Assembly: GCF_963921235.1 (NCBI RefSeq)
Contig: NC_086098.1
Location: forward strand, 9,176,001 to 9,240,000
Length of the DNA stretch: 64,000 nt
From: Mobula hypostoma
Lineage: Eukaryota
Direction of reading: 5' to 3'
Shown piece after piece: positions 25,191 to 36,720 of the stretch; position 1 is the first letter of the stretch, and the number at the start of each line of letters is the position of its first letter. The notes beneath the pieces are model-generated. The model saw nothing but the letters and a program-made list of their open reading frames with translations. It was not told where the DNA came from and did not search any database. The position numbers were made by a program, and so were the translations under genes.

Positions 25191-26304
25191 CAGTGCCTTG
25201 AAAAGTATTCGGCCCCCAACCCTTTGTTCACATAAGTTTTACAACCAAGGATTTTAATCAATATAATTGAGAATTTTTATTTGTGAATCAGATGCTCTGT
25301 TTTCACAGCAGAGTCCAAATAAGAGAAAATTCTTAAGAAGCTAAAAACTGCACCTCTTGTAGCTAATGCAGCTGGTAGTTTTTTTGGATAAGTCTATTAG
25401 CTTTGCACAATGTGATAGAGCAAAATTTTCCCATTCCTCTGCAAAATTGCTCAAGTTTTCTGGCAGAGGCTAGCAGGTTTTTAACCAGGGTCTCTCTATA
25501 TTTAGGAGCATTCATCTTCCCATCATTTTGACCAGATTTTCAGTCCCTGCTGCTGAAAGCATTCCCATAGCATGATACTACCACCACCATACTTTACAGT
25601 AGGGATGATGTTACCTGGCTGATGCACAGTATTAGATTTACACACACGTCGCTTATTATTGTTGAGGCCATAAAGTTCCACTTTAGTCCCATCCGAACAC
25701 AAGATCTTCTTCCACATCTTTATCGTATCTTCAAAGCGGCACTTTGCAAAGTCTTCACAGGCAAGGATATGCTTTCTTTAGCCAGGGCTTCTTACTTGCC
25801 ACTCTTCCATAAATACCTTTTTTGTGCAAGGCCTTAGAGATGATGGAGCCATGAACTTCATTTCCAGCTGCAACACTGAGTTCTACAGCTCACTCAGTGA
25901 CTGTTGGTGTCAGTTACAAGTACCAATCTTCTCCGGCGACTAAGTTTAGATGGCTGGCCTGACCTAGGCAGTGTAGCTGTGGTTTCATACTTTTTCCACT
26001 TTTTCAGGATGGACTGCACAGAGCTCCAAGGTATGCTCAGTGCCTTTGAGATGGCCTTGGTAAGGTAGTATGTATATTGCACGTGAGGACAGTAGTCATT
26101 ACAAAGGGGAAGAATACTTTTTCAGCCTCACAATTTTGGTTTTTAAGTTTCAGTGAACTGTTGACAGGTTTTGGAATTTTTCTTTTGATGCACAATGTTT
26201 TGTAGATTAGCTCAAAAATCCTTCTTAAATACATTTTACATTAAAAAATGAGACGTTAAAATGTGTATATAGTTGTGGTGGCTGAATTCTTTTTCAAGGC
26301 AATG
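25191..26304 (-). mobile_element. Tc1-family transposon, internally deleted, both TIRs, TA TSD
   Basis: TA|cagtgccttgaaaagtattcggcc ... ggctgaattctttttcaaggcaatg|TA; minus frames KAISKALSIPWSSVQSILKKWK..LPRSGQPSKLS and [29 protein letters not shown]. Confidence 0.92.
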
Positions 26305-26599
26305 TATTCAGTGAAATAAATAGTTGATGTTCAGGGCTGAAACCCTTCATTAGGACTCAATTTAACTAACTTTCTTTCTCACTCCACAGATTCTGCCTGA
26401 CTTGCTAAGTATTTCCAGTATTCCCTGTTTTTTATTTTAAGTATCAATAATTTGCAGTCTTTTCCATCTCCAGATTTCACATTGCATTCTTTCTCTCTTT
26501 TTTTCATTTATCTCCTCCTCTTTACATCACTTCTGGACAGGTCATATTTGATTACCCCAGGCTCTACCATTCTCCTTCAGCTGGTACCACCACCACTTC

Positions 26600-27155
26600 G
26601 AGTCATAGAGGCCTAGAAAATTACAGCACAGAAACTGGCCCTATGGCCCATCTAGTCCGTGCCGAACCATCTAAACTACATACTCCCATCGACCTGCACT
26701 GGGACTACAGCCTTCCAGTAACCTGTTCCAACTTCTTGCCTGCTTGCATTAAACTTATCTATACCCCTCAAAATTTTGTATACCTCTATAAAATCTCCAC
26801 TCAGTCTTCAACATTCCATTAATAAAGTCCTAACCTGTTCAGTTTTTCCACTTAGCTCAGGTCCTCCAGACCTGGCAACATCCTTGTAAACTTTCTCTGT
26901 GTTCTTCCTGCCTTATTTTCATCTTTTCTGTAGGTCAGTGACCAAAACTCACACAATACTTCAAAGTTGGCCTCAGCCATGTCTTATACAACTTCAACAT
27001 TAACATCTCATCTCCTGTACTCAGTACTTAGATTTCTGAAGGCCACTGAGCCATAAGCTTTCTTTATGACCTTATCTACCTGTGAGACCACTTTCAATGA
27101 ATTATGGACCTATATTCCCTGAACCCTTTGTTGTACCTCACTCCTCAGTGCCCTA
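26600..27155 (-). mobile_element. CR1 3' fragments
   Basis: CR1 tail cagcacagaaactggccctatggcccatctagtcc and RT C-terminal remnants. Confidence 0.8.
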
Positions 27156-29397
27156 TCTAACTTGTGTTAGTCATTCTCTTCCCATCCTTACCGTGTCAAA
27201 GATATTCTGCACATTCCAACCCTCTATCTCCTCTGCAGTTTAAGCACTATTTGACATATAACTTTTCTGAGTCATGATGAAAGATCATCGTCCTGAAGCA
27301 TTAGTTCATTTTCTTTTTCCACAGCTGCTGTCTGGCCCTACTAAAATTTTTGGCATTCTCTATTTTTAGTTTAGATTTCCAACATTGGTAACTTTTAGCA
27401 TTTTCAACATTACTTTTTTTAAATAATAGTTGATCTTTAAAAGTATGTTTCTGGAGATGATACAGCAGTTGTGTACTAACAATAGCTGGCATGAAAGTCC
27501 AAAATTCACATCTGACCTGAGTTGATGCCAGCAGAACAATGCTAAGCAATACCATGAACCAGGTAAGGGAAAGAGAAAGTAATTAGGCTTCCCACACTTG
27601 TCAGTAAACAGCCAACTCAATATGCTGACATATTGTGCTAGCGTTTTTGACTTCAGCATTTTGTTTCAACAATTATTTCCAAATGCTGCCCATCACAAGT
27701 GTTATCTTTGTGGAGTGGCTGTGATGCAGTGTTCTGCAGCATGACAGATAGGTGTTTGGGAACCAAGGGTCACATCTTGTAGGTCAGACATACAGAAAGC
27801 AATCTTTGAATTCTAGCCTCAGAACGGTGCAAAGGATGAAACAGCAGTTTACAGCTTGTGGGCTGCTAAGCAGCAATAACCGTCACCAGGAAACTTATTT
27901 ACTGTGTCTAAACATTAGGTTCCTGTCTCACTTCTGTTTTTATGTGGCACTGTGTTAAAACACACACACTCTCACTCACTCCATTTAAGATTGCAAAGGG
28001 CATGACCTCCAATAGAATTCTTGAGCTGAGAAGTTGGGTTGGAACTAGGTATAGTTTATTTTTGGTAAATCCTTTGCCAACATGAACTGGCATTAATAAA
28101 AATAAACTTGTATAAAATACCTCTCAGTTTCAGATTTAACATTAAATGTTTGAGTTCTGGCAAAGATTTTGGATTTAAGAAGTTGCCCGTACCTCTTTCC
28201 ACAGATTCTTTCTGACAAGCTGAGTGTTTCTAGCTGTTTTTTCATTTCATTGCAAATTTCCAATGCCTGATTTTGTTTTATTTTCATGAAGCTTTCTAGT
28301 TTGCATAAGATCTCTCTGCAGACAATACCTACACTGAGATGCTTTTGAAATGTTTGGAATAAACTTGTGGTATTGAACTCTTATTGGTAAATGTTGATTT
28401 TGTTTCACATTGATTTAAAAAAAACTTCCATTATTGATAATGAGAGTTTGTTAGTGTGCAGCTTATTAGTGTGAATGGAGTAAATTACTGTAGTTAGAAT
28501 TGGCATTGTGAATAACTTGTTCTGTATGCAATTCAGATGTACAGTACAGTGATATTAGGGTTAGAGTTCAGTAATGCCATCCTTTCCTCTTGGTTTAGAT
28601 GCATTAATGGTAGTTAATCAATTAAGTCCTGAAAATTTAATTCAATAAAACTTGGATCAACTGCTTAAAAATAATGTTGATTTTGCTTAAAATATTCCAA
28701 AAATGTTGAACTCTGCAGCACAGTAGAAACGTTAGTTTTGAAAAATATTTGAAAAAAATATATGTATGCTTGAAATAATTAGCAACAAAACAATAAAGCA
28801 GGAAACTTGGCCTAGGATATTTATAAAAGGTCTAAAATGCTACTATGCAGGAGTTCTGCTAGAATTTGTTCTGTGAGTGTAGAAAGTGATTTTCTTACTT
28901 GTAACATGAGCAAAGCATATAATTGGCATAATTCCTAGACTTTTTGTAACAGCACAAGCTCTTAAAATGGCGATTCCTAACGGAAGTCATTACTTCAGGC
29001 AGTAGGGCTGAAGTGTATTGCAGAGATCCAAGTCTGACATGTCTTGCAGATGGATCTCTTTCGTAAGCCATAGGTGGGCACCCAGGGGAAGCATTAGTAT
29101 CACCACTCTAAAAGAGTAACAAAGCTTTACCTTGAACATAAGACGATTAGTTTGTATGTGATAATTGTATTGCTGGTGTCAGTGTTAGTAGTCTCATAAA
29201 GAGCCTCTGTACTCTAAGTTTAAGTGGACTTCTATCAAACCGTTAAAACTTGTACATGTCGTCAAGGCCCAAACAGTTTCTTTAGCAGGTAGTTGGTGCT
29301 CCAGTTTCATTGTGATGATGACAAACTTGTCTTAGACCAGATGACACTACTGATGCATACCCAGTGTCAGTAAATTCAGTTGGTCTTATTGAGTCGA

Positions 29398-30023
29398 TGT
29401 TAAGGAATGCAAATGCAATGTTAGCATTCATTTTGGGAGGACCAGAATACCAAGGCAAGAATGTAATGCTGAGGCTTTATAAAGCAATGGTCGGACAGCA
29501 GTTGGAGTACTGTGAGCAGCTTTGGGCCCCTTAGCTGACATTGGAGACGGTCTAGGAAAGATTCACGGGAGTGATCTCTGGAATGAAAGGTTAGCAAATG
29601 AGGAGCGTTTGATAGCTCTAGGCCTGCACTCACTGAAGTTTAGAAGAATCAGGGGGAAATCTCACTGAAACATATTGAATATGGAAAGGCCTGCAAGAAT
29701 GGATGTGGAGAAGATGTTTCATATAGTGGGGGATTCTAGGACCAGTGGGCACAATCTCAGAATATAAGGATGTCCCTTTAGAAAAGAAATGAGGAGAAAT
29801 TTCGTTAGCTAGAGGGTGGTGAATCTGTGGAAATCATTGCCACAGATAGTTGTCCAGGCTAAGTCACTCATTGGGTATATTTAAAGTGGAGGTTGATAGG
29901 TTCTTGATTAATCAGGGCATTAAAGGTTAAAAAGAGAGGGCAGGAGAATGAGGGATAATAAATCAGCTATGGTGAAATGGTGGAACAGGCTCGATGGACC
30001 CAATGGCTTAATTCTGCTCCTTA
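29398..30023 (+). mobile_element. CR1 3' fragment
   Basis: ANAMLAFI..VMLRLYKAMVGQQLEYCEQLWAP..RVVNLWKSLP; tail ggcttaattctgctcct. Confidence 0.88.
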
Positions 30024-30210
30024 TTGTGACTGGGGTCTGCAAGTGAGGAAATCAAGGATCAAAAGAGAAGGTATTAAGGCCAAGGTCCTGAAGCTTATTG
30101 ATTAGTTTTCAAGAATAATAGTACTAAATGCCGAGCTGCCAGATATACAATGACACTTGAATGCATCAAATGGCCTAATTCTGCTCCTATGTCTTAATGT
30201 CTTGTGATCT

Positions 30211-30335
30211 GTTTGGCCAGGGTGAACCTACCAAGAGCCAAAGCAAAAGGCCCTATCTCCAGCCAACATAGCTCTCCAGGTCATTAATGCACGTAAGCTT
30301 CCAAACCCTACAACAAGATTGTGGTCCTCTTGGGG
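30211..30335 (-). mobile_element. Fragment of RTE 5'-UTR-like element, same family as 51454-51854
   Basis: ccaagagccaaagcaaaaggccct..gccaacatagctctccaggtcatt..acaagattgtggtcctc matches 51745-51850. Confidence 0.7.
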
Positions 30336-30485
30336 TTAAGAATAAATAGCTCTAAGTAAAGATCGCCTGTCATGTAGGCACAAACATCTTTGGTATTATA
30401 TTGAGGTTTACTGCATGCAAAACCCACAACAAAATAAAATTAGAGGTACTTATAATGTGCTTTCTCAGCACAGCTTTTATAGAAA

Positions 30486-31111
30486 GGATAAAGTAGTGGA
30501 AAGGAGTGGTGGGAGGAGAAGATAGCAGCACGCCACGCGCGCGCTGCTTTCCGGTGAAAATGATATCATATCCGTTAAATAGGGACCGTGGACAATTCTG
30601 ATTTGATGGAGACAGACGTGAAAGCACAGAGGAACATCTGGAGAAATTTCTGAAACGCCGGTTTGCTGCTGCTGTTACTGGGCGATTGAGAATCTTCCGA
30701 GGGAAGGCCCCAAAATCCCCGGCTTTGCCGGTGACCGAGATTAAGGTCGAATCGTTCGGATAGAGATGGTGCTTGGTACTTGGTGTCGGAGGGCTGATCG
30801 GAGGCTCGAAGTTTTCGGACGACTCATAGTCAGACTGTGGTTGGGCATGGCAGGGAGAGTTTTCTTCCTTCTCCCGTCTGCGTGAGATGTGGGACAGTTG
30901 AGAAACTTTGAACTTTTTTACTGTGCACTGTTGCACTGTTGCAACTATATGTTATAATTAGGTGGTTTTGTTAGTTTTTTCAGTCTTGGTCTGTCCTGTG
31001 TTTTGTGATATCACACCGGAGGAATATTGTATCATTTCTTAATGCATGCATTACTAAATGACAATAAAAGAGGACTGTGTGTTCTCATAATCTAATAATC
31101 TAATATTATGA
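30486..31111 (+). mobile_element. Non-autonomous retroelement with CpG-rich head and Rex1/L2-type tail
   Basis: CpG-rich 30525-30885; tail aatgacaataaaag..(taatc)n shares aatgacaataaa with 23740; possible TSD tatagaaa (30478-30485, 31112-31119). Confidence 0.55.
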
Positions 31112-31151
31112 TATAGAAAAATGCGAGGTTTGGGCAATATTTGAAAGATTT

Positions 31152-31278
31152 GAGCAACACACACAAAATGCTGGTGGAATGCAGCAGGCCAGACAGCATC
31201 CATAGGAAGAAGCACAGTTGACGTTTCGGGCTGAGACCCTTTGTCAGGACTAACTGAAAGAAGAGATAGTAAGAGATT
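31152..31278 (-). mobile_element. PLE pLTR fragment with mutated hammerhead
   Basis: gacgtttcgggctgagaccctttgtcaggactaactgaaag. Confidence 0.82.
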
Positions 31279-32187
31279 TGAAAGTGGGAGGGGGAGGTTT
31301 GAAAGATCTGAATAGATTACAGAGAACTATAGAGGGAATCAACATTTTGAAAAGTTATGAATGATAGCATTCTCAGACATACGGAGTACCTAACTAAAAT
31401 CAAAGTAAAAATGGGAATGGAATTCTCTAGGAAGTTTTGGGTCAAACTGAAGTACAGATTGACAGTTGATTGAATTAGAATTTTAACTAAAACAGTTAAA
31501 GAAACTGCAAATTAATTGACAGTTAACAGAAGCTCCTTATCAGTGGCAGTTAACAGTTAAAACAGTCAATCAGGTAAGAAATTACTTTCAGCAAGAGGCT
31601 GAATCAGGACTTGTAAATAGGGTGGGGCTCTAAAAGGTGTATAAATGTAAATTGTTTCCGTTGGTGCTGAGTAGACTGCATATTATCTGGAAGTTGAAGG
31701 TTCAGCAAGAGTATGTAAGACTGGAAGAGAGAGGCTGCATCTTGTTTACGTGTAGTGCCTAGTGTAAACTTGAGGCAGTAACTATTTAAAATGTTGCCAA
31801 AAGTTTAATTGCTTAGTGCAGGTTATTATATTTATTAAAAACTGCAACAGCCTTTAAATAACAGACTCAAATACACAGAGCAAATAGCGTGGCTTATGAA
31901 TATTGAAATTGCACAGTAAACATGTTGGCAGGCAATGTGTCTGCTCTGATCAGCGATCTGCAGTGTGAGTTCAGTCTGCAAATACATTATATAGGAATCA
32001 GAAGGATTATTTGGGCACTTCATCATAGACCATGCTCCCAACTTTTGTGAGTTAGTTGGAAATGGTTAAGGAGCACCTTGTTTAAGACGGCAGTCTGAGT
32101 GATCTGGAGGAGAAGAAGCTGCAGAAATTAATCCTGTCCATCAGGTTCAATATTGTGGCAACCTGCAAGGAAAAGGCTAAAGATTGT

Positions 32188-32320
32188 TCACACAAAATAA
32201 TCCGCAGATGCTGAGGTCAAAGCAACACTGACGAAGGGTTCCGGCCCGAAACGTCGACTCATCATTTCCAGGGATGCTGCCCGACCTGCTGAGTTCCTCC
32301 AGTGTGTTGTGAGTGTTGCT
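32188..32320 (+). mobile_element. Short inverted-end pLTR element with perfect hammerhead core
   Basis: ctgacga (32228-32234) a ggg-ttccgg-ccc gaaac gtc; bracketed by agcaacac / gtgttgct. Confidence 0.8.
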
Positions 32321-32389
32321 AAAAATTGTTCAAATGCTTGAGAAAGAATGGAAGTGTAATGTTCTTGGAATTCAAAGTTCAAAGTAAAT

Positions 32390-32905
32390 TTATTGTTGAA
32401 GTTCATATATGTCACTATATATAACCCTGCCATTCATTTCTTGTAAGCATAATCAATAAATCTTTAAAATAATAATCATAACAGAATCAATGAAAGACTG
32501 CACTAACTAGGATGTTCAAGTAGTGTGTCAAAGATAGCAAACTGTGCAAATACAAATAAATAAATAAATAAATAAATAAGCAATAAATATCGAGGAGATG
32601 AGATGAAGTGTCCTTGAAAGTGTCCATTGGTTTTGGGAACATTTCAGTGATGGGGCACATGAAGCTGAGTGAAGTTATCTCCTTTGGTTGAAGAACCTGG
32701 TGGTTAAGGGGTAGTTACTGTTCCTGAACGTGAGGGTCTGAGTCGTGAGCCTCCTGTACTTTCTTCCTGATGGCGTCAATGGGAAGAGAGCATGTCTTGG
32801 TTGTGGGAGACCCTGACGATGGATGCTGCTTTCCTGTGACAGTGCTTCATGCAGATGTGCTCAGTGGTGGGCAGGACTTTACCCGTGATGGGCTGGACCA
32901 TATCC
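32390..32905 (-). mobile_element. Rex1/Babar-type LINE 3' fragment
   Basis: Minus frames QPITGKVLPTTEHICMKHCHRKAASIV and PSGRKYRRL..FRNSNYP; tail tttactttgaactttgaa. Confidence 0.78.
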
Positions 32906-32932
32906 AATATTTGGTGATTAGAAAGACAAGTT

Positions 32933-34276
32933 GCACACATCAAAGTTGCTGGTGAACGTAGCAGGCCAGGCAGCATCTCTAGGAAGAGGTACAGTCGACG
33001 TTTCGGGCCGAGACCCTTCATCAGGACTAACTGAAAGAAGAGCTAGTAAGAGATTTGAAAGTGGGAGGGGGAGGAGGAGATCCAGAATGATAGGATTAGA
33101 CAGGAGGGGGAGGGATGGAGCCAAGAGCTGGACAGGTGATTGGCAAAGGAGATATGAGAGGATCATGGGACAGGAGGCCTAGGGAGAAAGAAAAGGGGGA
33201 GGGGTGAAGCCCAGAGGATGGGCAAGGAGTATAGTGAGAGGGACAGAGGGAGAAAAAGGAGAGAGAGAAAAAGAATATATATATAATAAATAAATAACGG
33301 ATGGGGTATGAGGGGGAGGAGGGGCATTAATGGAAGTTAGAGAAGTCAATGTTCATGCCATCAGGTTGGAGGCTACCCAGACGGAATATAAGGTGTTATT
33401 CCTCCAACCTGAGTGTGGCTTCATCTTTACAGTAGAGGAGGCTGTGGATAGACATATCAGAATCAGAATGGGACGTGGTATTAAAATGTGTGTCCACTGG
33501 GAGATCCTGCTTTCTCTGGCGGACAGAGCGTAGATGTTCAGCGAAACCGTCTCCCAGTCTGCGCTGGGTCTCGCCAATATATAGAAGGCCACATCAGGAG
33601 TACCGGATGCAGTATATCACCCCAGCCGACTCACAGGTGAAGTGTCACCTCACCTGGAAGGACTGTCTGGGGCCCTGAATGGTGGTAAGGGAGGAAGTGT
33701 AAGGGCATGTGTAGCCCTTACAAGGATAGGTGCCGGGAGGGAGATCGGTGGGGACGGATGGGGGGGAACGAATGGAGAAGGGAGTCGCGTAGGGAGCGAT
33801 CCCTGCGGAAAGCGGGGGGGGCGGGGAGGGAAAGATGTGCTTAGTGGTGGGATCCTGTTGGAGGTGGCAGAAGTTATGGAGAATTATATGTTGGACCCAG
33901 AGGCTGGTGGGGTGGTAGGTGAGGACCAAGGGAACCCTATTCCTAGTGGCGTGGCGGGAGGATGGGGTGAGAGCAGATGTGCGTGAAATGGGAGAGATGT
34001 GTTTGATTGCAGAGTTGATAATGGAGGAAAGGAAGCCTCTTTCTTTAAAAAAGGAGGACATCTCCTTCGTCCCGGAATGAAAAGCCTCATCCTGAGAGCA
34101 GATGCGGCGGAGAAGGAGGAATTGCGAGAAGGGGATGGTTAGTCCTGACGAAGGGTCTTGGCCTGAAACATTGACTGTACCTCTTCGTATAGATGCTGCC
34201 TGGCCTGCTGCGTTCACCAGCAACTTTTATGTGTGTTGCTTGAAATTCCAGCATCTGCAGATTTCCTCGTGTTTGC
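32933..34276 (-). mobile_element. PLE (Neptune-like), 5'-truncated, with inverted pLTR at its 5' end
   Basis: Minus body IPFSQFLLLRRICSQDEAF..PLVLTYHP..PGTYPC..GIY-YIG; pLTR 32933-33030 (-) and inverted pLTR 34138-34276 (+). Confidence 0.92.
32992..33028 (-). ncRNA. Minimal hammerhead ribozyme, perfect core
   Basis: Minus strand agtc ctgatga a gggtctcggccc gaaac gtc gact. Confidence 0.85.
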
Positions 34277-34299
34277 GAGAGAGACAAGTTGCATACTTT

Positions 34300-34913
34300 T
34301 TAAAGAGAATGGATAATCTGTCAATATATATGTTGAGACTTTATGAAGCACTGATGATGCCTCACTTAGAGTATTTTGAGCATTTTTGGGCCCCTTATCT
34401 TCAAAAGGATTTGCTGAAACTGGAGACGGTTCAAATGAGGTTCACAAAAATGATTCCAGGATTGAATGGCTTGTCATAGGAAGAGCGTTTGATGGTTCTG
34501 GACCTGTACTCATTAGAATTCAGAAGAATGAGGGTTGACCTCATTGCAACCAATTGAATGGTGAAAGGCCTTGATAGAATGGATGTGGAAAGTATGTTTC
34601 CTTTGGTTGGGGTGTCTAAGACCAGAGGACACAGCCTCAGAATAGAGGGTTGTCCTTTTAGAATGGAAATGTGGAGGAATTTCTTTAGCCAGAGAGTAGT
34701 GAATCTTTGGAATTCTTTGCCACAGGCAGCTTTGGAGGCTAAGTCTTTATGTATATCTAAGGCAGAGATTGATAGGTTCTTAATTAGTTGGGCATGAAGG
34801 GATAAGTGGAGAAGGTAGGAGTTGGAAAAAATGGATTAGCCATGATAAAATGGCAGAGCAGACTCAATGGGCCAAATGACCTAATTCTGCTCCTATGTCT
34901 TATGGTATTATAT
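34300..34913 (+). mobile_element. CR1 3' fragment
   Basis: MLRLYEALMMPHLEYFEHFWAPYL..RNFFSQRVVNLWNSLPQ. Confidence 0.9.
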
Positions 34914-35229
34914 GGGATGGAGACATTTCAAATTCAGAGTTCAGGGTCCCATTATTGGGCAGTCCGGGGGTCATTAGTGAAGTTTGAAGCCCAAAGGTCA
35001 ATTGGAAGTCTGGCAGTCGAAGGCCAGTAGCTGAAGTCTGCACACTGGAGGCTGAAGACTGGAAGCCAAAGGTCCATGTGAGTGGGAGGGAGCAAAGGTT
35101 TTTTTTTTAGTGTTGCTGTTTTGTTGCTTGTTCTGTTTTGTTATATTGCGTTCACCAGCAACTTTGATGTATGTTGTTATATTTTGTGTTGTTTTGCCGA
35201 GATTGTGGGTATGCTGTGATGGTACTGGA

Positions 35230-35940
35230 ATAGAAACAGAAACAGAAAACATACAGCACATTACAGGCCCTTCAGCCCACAAAGCTGTGCCAAACATGTC
35301 CCTACCTTAGAATTACCCAGCCTTTACCCATAGCCCTCTATTTTTCTAAGCTCCGTGCAGCCATCCAGGAATCTCTTAAAAGACCCTATTGTTTCCGCCG
35401 CCGCCGGCAGCCCATTTCATACACTCACCACTCTCTGTGTAAAAAAAAACTTACCTCTGACATCTCCCCTGTACCTACTTCCAAGCACCTTAAAACTATG
35501 CCCTCTCATTCTAGCCATTTCAGCCCTGGGGAAAAGCCTCTGACTATCCACATGATCAATGCCTCTCATTATCTTGTACACCTCTATCAGGTCACCTCTC
35601 ATCTTCCGTCGCTCCAAGGAGAAAAGGCCAAGTTCACTTAACCTATTTTCAAAGGCATGCTCCCCAATCCAGGCAACAGCCTTGTAAGTCTCCTCTGCAC
35701 CCTTTCTATGGTTTCCACATCCTTCCTGCAGTGAGGCGACCAGAATTGAGCACAGTACTCCAAGTGGGGTCTGACCAGGGTCCTGTATAGCTGCAACATT
35801 ACCTCTCGGCTCTTAAACTCAATCCCACGATTGATGAAGGCCAATGCACCGTACGCCTTCTTAACCACAGAGTCAACTTGTGCAGCAGCTTTGACTGTCC
35901 TATGGTATCGGACCCCAAGATCCCTCTGATCCTCCACACT
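35230..35940 (-). mobile_element. CR1 3' fragment
   Basis: QRDLGV..LYRTLVRPHLEYCAQFWSPH..RRKMRGDLIEVYKIMRGID..FFTQRVV. Confidence 0.92.
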
Positions 35941-36533
35941 GTGGGGTGACACTTGCAGGCTCCTCCAGCACATCCGTGGGTGTCTTGGTTGTTAATGTAA
36001 ATGACGGATTTAACTGTACGTGTGATAAATCTGAATCTTAATTGAGGGGAATGCTTTTTGGTAGAGGAAGAGATCAAAAGATAAGGAATAAGTAGCAGTG
36101 AGGATTTGTACATAATACTTGGAAGCTAAACTAAAGAACTGGACCGTAAGGATAATTAATTCCTGATTATTACCTGTACTATCTGCAGAATGACATGGAG
36201 AAAAATCGAATCAGAATCAGGTTTAGTATCGCTGGCAGCTGTCATGAAATTTGCAGTTTTGTGACAGTGATACATTGCAATACATAATCAAAAACAAAAC
36301 TATAAATCACAATGAGTACATGTACAATCTGAGTCTGAGGTTGCTATCGGTGAGAGTTGACCGTGGATGTTGTGTTCTAGCAATATCCATGCTAGTTTTA
36401 GTGAAAGCATAAACAGTTAAAACAGTAATGCTTTTGAAAATGGCTGTAAGGACTGACAAATCTCCAGGACCAGAATGATTCAAACCCAGGGTTTGAATAG
36501 AACCAGGTGAGAGCATGGTCAACGCCACATATA

Positions 36534-36720
36534 ATTAACTAAAGGCATCTGTTAGTCTTGCGAGACCATGGATCTGCGCCTGGAAAGTCTTCACTCTCCA
36601 GGGCGCAGGCCTGGGCAAGGTTGTATGGGAGACCAGCAGTTGCCCATGCTGCAAGTCTCCCCTCTCCACGACACCAATGTTGTCCAAGGGAAGGGCATTA
36701 GGACCCATACAGCTTGGCAC
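36534..36720 (-). mobile_element. Short RTE-related non-autonomous element with TSD, inside degenerate CR1 sequence
   Basis: Flanks caacgccacatata (36520-36533) and caatgccacatata (36721-36734); minus 3' end ccatggtctcgcaagactaacagatgcc resembles RTE termini. Confidence 0.65.

Noticed and set aside
29312..29353. C/D box snoRNA (gtgatga..ctga)
   Set aside because: Only ~40 nt and no terminal stem
30370..30936. 188-aa minus-strand ORF
   Set aside because: No recognisable motif; crosses a repeat boundary in GC-rich sequence where stops are rare
33645..34479. ORFs joining pLTR to PLE or CR1 frames
   Set aside because: Read-through across adjacent repeat junctions
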